This document shows, piece by piece, positions 18,926 through 27,200 of a DNA stretch of 44,978 bases. The position numbers were made by a program, and so were the translations under genes. The notes below the pieces were generated by a model. The model did no database searches. It had not been told where the DNA came from and was given only the letters and a program-made list of their open reading frames with translations. Position 1 is the stretch's first letter. Every line of letters starts with the position of its first letter. This stretch comes from Alphaproteobacteria bacterium (GTDB lineage Bacteria > Pseudomonadota > Alphaproteobacteria > SP197). Where the stretch lies: the NCBI GenBank assembly GCA_964291415.2, contig OZ219921.1, positions 1 to 44,978 of the forward strand, given 5' to 3'.

Positions 18926-21274
18926 CTAGATTTCATCGTGACGCGGCATGCGGTAGCCGACTCGCCGCTCGGTCAGGATGTAGGTCGGCTCGCCGCTGTC
19001 CTCGCCGAGCTTGCCGCGCAGCCGCTTGACATAGGCGCGCACGAGCTTCGGGTTGGCGTAGCTCTTCCCGCTCCACACCTGGCGCAGCAGCGCATCGTAG
19101 GTCGCCACCCGGCCCTGGCCGAGCGACAGCACGCGCAGCAGTTCGTACTCAGTCGCCGTCAGCTCCACTTCCCGTCCTTCGAGCGTGACCCGCCGGTGGG
19201 CATAGTCGATGGCGAGCTTGCCCAGCACGAACGGGTCGGGCTCGGCGCGGCGGCGCAATGCCGCCCCGATCCGCGCCGTCAACTCGGTGGCCGAGAAGGG
19301 CTTGACAACATAGTCCTCGGCGCCGGCCTCAAGGGCGCGTGCAATGGTCTCGTCGCGCCCGTAGCCGGAGATGAAGATGACGGGAACGTCGGCCAGTTCG
19401 GGTACCGTCTCCATCAGTTCGATGCCGTCGGTCCCGGGCAGCACCAGGTCGAGGACGACCAGCACGGGCTTCTGCGCCTCGAGGAGGTCGCGCAGCTGGT
19501 GGTGGTCGGTGGCGACCAGGGGGGCATAGCCCTCCCCAAGCAGCGCGTCACGCACGAAGCGCAGCATCTGCGGGTCGTCCTCCACCACCAGGATACGCGG
19601 CCGCGCCCCGGCTCCATGCGCCGCCGCGTGCCGGCCCTGCGCCGCGCCCGCTTCGCCGTCCATCTTCCCGGCCTGCGGCAAGATGAAGATGAACCGCGCG
19701 CCGCGGCCCGGCCCGGCGCTCTCGGCCCGGATGCGCCCGCCATGCGCCTCCACAAGGCCCTTGCAGATGGCGAGACCCAGTCCGCCCCCGACGCCGGGCT
19801 CGCCGTCGCCGGCGCCGCCGTACTTTCTAAACAGGCGCGCCAGGCGCTCCGGCGCCATCCCCCTTCCCTCGTCCGTCACCGAGATCGCGACATGCGCGCC
19901 ATCACACTCCGCCGCGATACGGATGGGGACACTCTCCGGAGAGTGCCGCGCGGCGTTGGCGAGCAGGTTGTTCAGGACCTGCACGATTCGCCCCCGGTCG
20001 GCCATCACGCGGGGAAGGTCCACCGGAAGGTCGATGTGCACCGCATGCCGGGCGTTGCCGGACAGGAACGCGGTGCGCGCCTGCTCGACCAGCTCGCCCA
20101 CCTCCGTGGGCTCGGGTGCGACCGAGAGCGTGCCGGAATCGATCCTGCCCGCGTCAAGCAAGTCGCCGATCAACCCGCTCATCCGGTCGGCCTGCTGGTC
20201 GATGATGCGGAAGAACTGCCGCGTTTCCGCGGAGCCGAAGCTCTGCGGCGTGTTCAGCACCGTCGCGGTTGATCCCTTGATGGCGGCGAGCGGCGTGCGC
20301 AGCTCGTGGCTCACCATGCCGAGGAACTCCGCCCGCATCCGATCGAGTGCCTGGAGCGGGGCGAGGTCCTGCAGGGTGACCATCACCGATACGACGGTGC
20401 CGTCTTCGGCCTGGATTGGCGTGACGTTGGCCAGCACGCTGACGCTGCGCCCGTCGGAGGTCTCGAGAACGACCTCTTCGGCGCGGACCGTCTCGGCGCC
20501 GCTCAGCGCCGGGGCCAGCTCGGCGCGGTCGAGCGCAATCTCGCGACCGTCCGGGAGGCGGCAGGTGATCGTGTCGAGCCATTCCTCGAATGGACGGCCC
20601 GGGGCGTGCAGGATGTCGCCCAGGCGCCGGGCCTCGCGGTTGAACATTTCCGCCTGCCCGGTCCGGGGGTCGAACACCACGACGGCGACCGGCGAAGTCT
20701 CGACCAGGGCTTCGAGGTCGGCGCGGACGCGCTGTTCGGCCCGGAAGGCGCGGGCGTTGACGATGGCGGCCGCTGCTTGCGCGGCGAACAGCAGCTGCGC
20801 CTCCTCGTCGTCGCTGGTGAACTCGCCCCCGGCCGTCTTGTCGCCCAGGAAGAAGTTGCCGACATGCACGCCGAGATGGCGTATCGGCGTGCACATGCAG
20901 GCGCGCGAGAGCATGAACTCCCAGGACGCGCCCATCGCGCGCGCGTAGTCGGCGAAGTCCGCGATCTGGAACGGCCCGGGCAGGTCGCGCAGGCGCCGGA
21001 ACATCTCGGGTCCGTCGGGCCATTGTTCCAGTTGGCGGTGCTCGTCCTCGGTCATGCCCGAGGTGACGAAATCCACCGGCGTGCCGGTCTCATCGATGGT
21101 GACGATGCATCCGTCCCGCGCGCCGGTGAGGGCACGGGCGCCATCGATCGTCTCACGCAGCACGGTCTCGAGGTCGAGACTCGCGCTGATGCGCAGCAGC
21201 GCTCTGCTCAGGGAAGAAAGGCGCGTCTTGTCGGGCGCCGGGTTCGCGGTAGGAGGGTCGGGCGGCGCGGTCAT
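18926..21274 (-). CDS. Hybrid sensor kinase/regulator: GAF-PAS-HisKA-HATPase-REC-OmpR winged helix
   Basis: VSHELRTPL, QVLNNLLANA, DEGRG, GLGLAIC, ILVVEDD, VVLDLVLP, KPF, LTATEYELL...QVWS...TERRVGYR; AAGGAG RBS before 21274. Confidence 0.9.
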   Translation of the reverse strand: MTAPPDPPTANPAPDKTRLSSLSRALLRISASLDLETVLRETIDGARALTGARDGCIVTIDETGTPVDFVTSGMTEDEHRQLEQWPDGPEMFRRLRDLPGPFQIADFADYARAMGASWEFMLSRACMCTPIRHLGVHVGNFFLGDKTAGGEFTSDDEEAQLLFAAQAAAAIVNARAFRAEQRVRADLEALVETSPVAVVVFDPRTGQAEMFNREARRLGDILHAPGRPFEEWLDTITCRLPDGREIALDRAELAPALSGAETVRAEEVVLETSDGRSVSVLANVTPIQAEDGTVVSVMVTLQDLAPLQALDRMRAEFLGMVSHELRTPLAAIKGSTATVLNTPQSFGSAETRQFFRIIDQQADRMSGLIGDLLDAGRIDSGTLSVAPEPTEVGELVEQARTAFLSGNARHAVHIDLPVDLPRVMADRGRIVQVLNNLLANAARHSPESVPIRIAAECDGAHVAISVTDEGRGMAPERLARLFRKYGGAGDGEPGVGGGLGLAICKGLVEAHGGRIRAESAGPGRGARFIFILPQAGKMDGEAGAAQGRHAAAHGAGARPRILVVEDDPQMLRFVRDALLGEGYAPLVATDHHQLRDLLEAQKPVLVVLDLVLPGTDGIELMETVPELADVPVIFISGYGRDETIARALEAGAEDYVVKPFSATELTARIGAALRRRAEPDPFVLGKLAIDYAHRRVTLEGREVELTATEYELLRVLSLGQGRVATYDALLRQVWSGKSYANPKLVRAYVKRLRGKLGEDSGEPTYILTERRVGYRMPRHDEI

Positions 21275-21339
21275 CGGTGGCTCCTTGCTCTCGTTTCGCG
21301 GCCTGCGCGGCGAGCCTCGGGGATGGGTGGCGACGGCTG

Positions 21340-21420
21340 AAAGTTGCCATATATTCGCATCATAAACCGTATAATTATCATACAATTCGCATAAGGCATT
21401 GTATACTGCGTATTCTCACC
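21340..21420. promoter_or_regulatory. AT-rich divergent promoter region with an ATTCGCAT direct repeat
   Basis: ATTCGCAT at 21353-21360 and 21385-21392, with TATAAT between them. Confidence 0.45.
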
Positions 21421-21467
21421 AACGAATCCGGTGATCATCAACGTTCACAAACGAAGGGAGTAACGTT

Positions 21468-22439
21468 GTGAATCGAAGAATAAGAGGGGGGATTGTGGGG
21501 TTCATGTCGGCGGCCGTCCTGGCGATTGCCGGGACTGCGAGTGCGGACAGCAACGAACCGATCAAGATTCCCATCAAGAACTGGTCGAGCCAGATCGTCA
21601 TGGCCCACGTCATCGGTGGCATCTTCGAGAGCATCGGCGCCACCGTCGAGTACGTGCCTGTCGACAACCAGGCGAGTTTCGAGGCCGTGCGCGTCGGCGA
21701 CATCCACATCCTGCACGAGGTGTGGCAGTCGACCATGCAGAACGCCTACTACAGCGCCATGGAGAAGGGCGGCCTGATCGATGCGGGCACCCATGACGCC
21801 GAGACGCTCGAGGAGATGGGTGTGCCGAACTGGGTGATCGACCAGGGCCTGTGCCCCGGCCTGCCCGCCTGGGAGGCGCTCAAGGACTGCTATGCCAACT
21901 TTGCCACCCCGGATTCCGGCGGCAAGGGCCGCTGGCTCGAGGGTCCCCAGAGCTGGCATGGCGACATCATGCCCAACCGCATCAAGGGACTGGGGCTCGA
22001 CGACACCTGGGTGGTCAAGTTTGCCGGTGCTGCCGATGCCCTGTGGGCCGAACTCGAGGCGGCCAAGAAGGAAGGGCGCGGCACGATCATCTTCAACTGG
22101 ACCCCGAACTTCACGGATGCCGAAGGGTTCACCTTCATCGAGTTTCCGCCCTACTACGACGGTTGCCGCATCGTCGATGGCGGCGACCTCAGTTCCACGG
22201 GTTGCGGCTCACCGGTCGGCTGGCTGAAGAAGGGAGCGCATTACAGGCTCCCGAAGACCCATCCCCAGGCCTACACGGTGTTCTCGAAACTCACGTTCAA
22301 CACGCCGCAGATCGGTTCCATGGCGGCTCTGGTCGATCTCGACAAGATGACCCATGAGGATGCCGCGGCCAAGTGGCTGGCCGACAACGAGGACGTCTGG
22401 AAGCCCTGGACCGAATCGGTTCTCGGCGAAAGCAACTGA
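21468..22439 (+). CDS. TmoX-like (TMAO / glycine betaine family) ABC substrate-binding protein
   Basis: Signal peptide; ADSNEPIKIPIKNWSSQIVM, CPGLPAWEALKDC, FNWTPNF, WLADNEDVWKPW closely resemble TmoX as I recall it. Substrate not certain. Confidence 0.85.
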   Translation: MNRRIRGGIVGFMSAAVLAIAGTASADSNEPIKIPIKNWSSQIVMAHVIGGIFESIGATVEYVPVDNQASFEAVRVGDIHILHEVWQSTMQNAYYSAMEKGGLIDAGTHDAETLEEMGVPNWVIDQGLCPGLPAWEALKDCYANFATPDSGGKGRWLEGPQSWHGDIMPNRIKGLGLDDTWVVKFAGAADALWAELEAAKKEGRGTIIFNWTPNFTDAEGFTFIEFPPYYDGCRIVDGGDLSSTGCGSPVGWLKKGAHYRLPKTHPQAYTVFSKLTFNTPQIGSMAALVDLDKMTHEDAAAKWLADNEDVWKPWTESVLGESN

Positions 22440-22549
22440 ACGCAGCTCTCGGGCAAGGCAATCCTGCCTTGCGTGACATTTCTGTCGGGCCCTCCGTCAC
22501 CGGAGGGCCCGATTGCATTGGAGCATTGACCCAGGCCGGTGACCGGAAG
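22265..22549 (+). repeat. Direct repeat copy 1 (3' end of the binding-protein gene plus terminators)
   Basis: Nearly identical to 31156-31433. Confidence 0.95.
22453..22512 (+). terminator. Two tandem hairpins after the binding-protein gene
   Basis: GCAAGGCA-atcc-TGCCTTGC (22453-22472) and TCGGGCCCTCCG-tcac-CGGAGGGCCCGA (22485-22512); weak U tails. Confidence 0.65.
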
Positions 22550-22885
22550 ACCGACTGACACCTTCGGGTTTCCGGCCAGGCCGCCAAACCGGAGTCGCGT
22601 GAGCCGGGCGAGAACGGGGCCGACCCTGCCAGGGATGACGGCTACCGGAAGATGCCCGTCACGTTCGAGGGCGGAGTGATCGTCGCCCGGAGTTGAGGCC
22701 TTCCTTCGTCTTCGCAGAGTGGCACCTGAAAACCGGGCCCGATCCTCCCCCATGTTGGGGAAGCGTCCTGGCAAAGCGAGCGTCTAACGTTGCGCGCCGC
22801 GGGCAGTTGGATGAGGTCTCGAGTTTGCGGTGCGCATTGAATACGTCGGGTCGAGTCCGAGGGAAGCAGCGCACTTGGGTGTGCG

Positions 22886-22975
22886 ATGTCGGACGACACG
22901 GCCGCGGCGAGTATCGAGAACGACGATGGAACGCCGGCATTGACCATTGCAGAGGCGTCGACGGCAAAGGCGATG
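22886..22975 (+). pseudogene. Calx-beta linker remnant
   Basis: SDDTAAASIENDDGTPALTIAEAS resembles Calx-beta junctions such as ADATATGTITNDD and PGLAVADAEA in the neighbouring adhesin. Confidence 0.45.
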
Positions 22976-23139
22976 CCGGCGAGGCAGGGGCACACCGCAA
23001 GACTCCGTGTCACGGCGCGCCGGCGAAGAGCAGCGCAGAGAGAGGGCCAGTGCCGGATGGTTCCGCGCGCCGGAGGATGGTGACGTCGGGATGTTCCGAT
23101 CAGAGCCGCTCCGGCTGGCGGCGGAACGCGCGTCCGCCT

Positions 23140-23709
23140 TCAGTCACGGGCATCCCGAGCGCTGCCCAGGGATTGCACCAGCCGCATCAGTTCCGCCTGC
23201 CGTACATGCGGCTGGAGACGCCGGATCAGGTCGAGCCGCCCGGACGTCCAGCCATCCCCGTCCACCGGGTCGTTGATCTGCCACATGATCCGCGAGTTGT
23301 CTGGACCGGCCAGACGCACGTCGATCCCGTTCCCGGCATGGGCAAAGGTGCGCAGCGCGTTGTAGGCCTCGGAGGTCTTCATCTCCTCCTCGGTGTAGAG
23401 GTCGGGGACGGGGATCAGCCGGTTGAAGGGGTGGCGCCGCAGGCGGCGTATCCCTTCGTCCAAGGGATAGTAGGTCTCCATCCAGAGACGCTCCAGGTCC
23501 TGGCGTCGCTGACCGCGCAGGCAGGTCCACATGAAGTAGAGCCGGAAGCCCTCGTCGGTCTCTCCGTCGCCGCACGCCAGGGAACTGCCGTGCGTGCCGA
23601 GAGCTTCGTCGATCAGCGCCGAGGCGTCCGGCCAGCGGGCAGAATCGAGCGCCGCCTCGTGCAGCGCGCCGAGGATGCGCTCGAACGTGTTCAGCTCGCT
23701 TTCGGCCAC
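23140..23709 (-). pseudogene. LuxR-type regulator with an in-frame internal deletion (sensor domain kept, HTH lost)
   Basis: FERILGALHEAALDSARWP...LIRRLQPHVRQ joins directly to AELMRLVQSL, the tail that normally follows a LuxR HTH. Confidence 0.65.
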
Positions 23710-24218
23710 AGCTTCACTGGCGGACGCTTCGCGGACCCGACGCTCCCTGCTTCACGACAAGCACCTCTCTCTCGTTGCCAAAAAAGCCTGGCCGCATACC
23801 TGCGCGCCCTGTCGGCACGGCCACCCGCGGCAGCCGTGCTGCCATATGAACGAGGCGACCTGCCCGCATGAAACCACAACCCCACATGCGAGAATCATCG
23901 GATAGCGGGTATGCGTGCTCCCCCAACACTGGGAAGGCACGAGAGGGGTGTCGCGTGCGCGCCCGTTTTCTCCTGCGGCTTTTCGCTCAGGGAGACGCTT
24001 CCCCGCCCTGTGTTTGGCACCCCCCCGTCGAGCAATCAAACTGGCCGAGACCTGTCCCTGAGCAGGATGGGTCTGGTACGCACTCTGCAAAATCCGTGTC
24101 GAGAAGCGCTCGCACGCGCTTCCGGGACACGCTCCGGCTCAGTCCACCTCCCACAGCCGGAGCGCCAGCCAGGCCGCCACCCCGGCGACACGGCTCCGCC
24201 TTCGCGACCGGGTTCCGC

Positions 24219-27200
24219 ATGCGCTTCGCGGCGACCGCGGGAACGCGCGCAGCTTCCCGGCGCACCGGCCGCAGAACCGAGTCCGGCACCCGTGCGGAAA
24301 GATCGGTCCGCGCGCTTGCGGCAGCGCTTCTCGCACTGCTCCTGCCGGTCGGCGTCGCCCTTCCCTCGGCCACGCAGGCGGATGTGCTCGTCGGCAATCT
24401 GAGCCAGGGCAGTCGATCAACGACAACCGTTGGCGAAAGCGCCGGAGAACAGATCGCCGTGGCAGTCGGTTTCAAGACCGGCAACCACACGAAGGGCTAC
24501 ACCCTCACGTCAATCAAGGCCAATCTTTCCGATGCCGTTCCTGGAGATGGCGTACAGGTCCGGCTGTTCAACGCAACACAGTTCGACGCTCCCGGCAGCA
24601 GCATTCTCACGTTCGACAACCCGACCATCGCCAATGGCGACAGGACGTTCACCGCACCGGCAGACACCACCCTCCAGAAGGACCGACTCTATTTTCTCGT
24701 ATTCGATTCAACAGCCACGAATGCAAACTACAGTGTGGGGACCACGGAGTCGGATACGCTCACCAGCGCCGTTGCCGGCTGGGAACTGAACTCCTCGCTG
24801 CACTTCCAGTTCTCTGGCGGCGACTGGCTCACGCACCACACAACCCTGCGCGTCGACATCAACGGCGCCATCAAACCCAACGCGGCCGGCAAGCCCGGTA
24901 TCACGGGCGTGCCGCAGGCAGGCGAGGGCCTTACCGCGACCGTCGACGACATCACCGACGCGGACGGCCTGCCCGCCGACTTTCCGGGGGACTTCACCTT
25001 CCAATGGGTGCGGGTCGACGGCACGATCGAGACCGACATCTTCGGTGCGACGTCGAGCAGCTACGTCCCCGCGGGGGCCGATGTCGGCAAGCAACTCAAG
25101 GTCAAGGTTTCGTTTGCCGACAACGACGGCACCGCCGAAGGGCCGCTCGAAAGCGATCCGACCGACAATGCGGTGCTGGCGGCAAGGGGGCCCTGCTCCC
25201 CGCGCAGCGACTGGTGCGCCGAGATGACGGTAAGGTACGGGGCGGGATCCTCGGTTCCCCTGGGCCTGTGCCTCGGTTCCAACGGTTCACTCGACGACGG
25301 CAGCTGCGACGAGATAAACGAGATCTGGCTGCTGACGGATCCTCTCTCGGGCACCAATTCCGTCGCCGTCACGCTCGATACGTTCCTGCCGCGTGGCTCA
25401 ACATTCGACATCGGAGGAATGCAGTTCATCGCCAACGAGAGCAGCGAGCAATCAGGCACGGGACAATACAAGTGGCCCGCGCCATCAGGGCTTTCCTGGA
25501 GCGAGGGCGAGAAGGTCACGGCGAACGTGAGATTCCTGCGCCCCGCCGTCGTAATCGAGACGCTGACGCCCGAAGCCGTCTACGGGGCCGATCGCATCGG
25601 CTTCAACGTCAGGCGCATCACCGGCGGCACCAACGGCCCGCTCGACGTGGACGTCGTCCTGACCGATTACCGGGGCCACCTGCCCGAATCGGCCCTCTCG
25701 CGCACGATCACCATCCCGGACGGAAGCGCAGACGCGGGGTTCTTCATCCAGCCGGGCGACTTCGAGGACCTGAACGACGGCAACTGGATCATCAGGCCCG
25801 GCACCATCACGGGCAAGGTCGTGAAGCGGCCCCGGTACAAGCTGGGCTCTCCCGCCTCGGTCAACGTCAAGATGCACTACGCGACGACGGTCGGCTTCTG
25901 GGAGGAAGGCTACCGCGTGGACGAGGGCACGCGCAGCGTCGATATCACCTTCTACGCGACCACCGGGGAGGGGATGGGCCGGCCGACGCAAGGCGTCGAG
26001 GTGCGGTACAGCACCGCCGACGGCAGCGCGACCGCCGGCGACGACTACAGGGCCCGGTCGGGGACCGTCTCCTTCGAGCCCGAGGACTTCCGGTGCATTG
26101 CCGGGGGATACGACGGATGCGACCTGGCGCGAGACGGGCACCGCGCAACGAAGACCGTGACGCTGACCAACGTCATCCAGGACAACAGCATGGTGGATGG
26201 CGACAAGACCTTCCGCGTGGTGCTGGACGACAGCACCAACAATCCCAACCCCAGGAGCGTGGTCTACGTCGACGACCGCGGCATCAGGGGGGTCTCGTGC
26301 ACGCCGGGCTCGACCTGCGCCGCCGAGATCACCATCGTCGACGACGACGGCATCACGATGCCGACCGAGCACCCGGACTGGACGCTGGAGGGAAGCGACC
26401 GCACGTTCGCGGGCACCTCGTCGAACCGGCCCCCGGCCATCAGCGGCACGGAGAGCGCGGTGCGCTGCCTGGACGGCCACACGCCCTTCCGGCTGCTGAA
26501 CGAACACGGGAACCGCATCACGAGCGGTATCGCATACTCGCTTCGCCAGATCCCGGGCAACGACGTCGCGCCCTATGCGGGCCTGCCGAAGCCGTCGGAG
26601 ATGCTGGACCTCTTCACCATCGACAACACGGGCCAGATCCGGACCGTCCAGGGGGAGAGCTACCTCCATTACGAGGATTCGGGGACGCAGCTGCGCTACA
26701 CCGACGTGATCGTGCGGGCGCTGCAGACGTCGAGCAACCGCTACGCCGAGTACCGGCTCGGCTTCAACGTCATCCACCCGAGCCGCACCGACAAGAACTA
26801 CCTGATCGATTGCGACGACGACTCCACGAAATCGACCCAGACGCCGCTCACCGGGCAGGTGCAGAATGCTCCGGAGTCGCACGACGGCTCGACCGCGTTC
26901 CCGTTCCGCATCCTGTTCAGCGAGGACGTGGCGATCGAGCCCGACGCGCTGCGCGACGACGCCATCAAGGTCAGCCACGCCACGGTGACCGGGGCGGCCC
27001 GCGTGGACGGGCGCGACGATCTGTGGGACGTGACGCTTGCGCCGAAGGCGGCCCAGGCGATCTCCATCCAGCTGAGAGGCCAGCTCGAGTGCACGCAGGA
27101 CGCCGCCATCTGCACCGCGGACGGCAAGAAGCTCGCGGCGAACGTGACGCACAGCGTGGCCTACGCGGCGCCGGGGACGCGGGGGACGCGCAATCCGCCG

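Noticed and set aside
23868-24218. N-terminal 117 codons of the 1849 aa ORF
   Set aside because: Low-complexity Arg/Pro/Ser sequence ahead of the signal peptide; more likely the promoter region shared with the divergent regulator.
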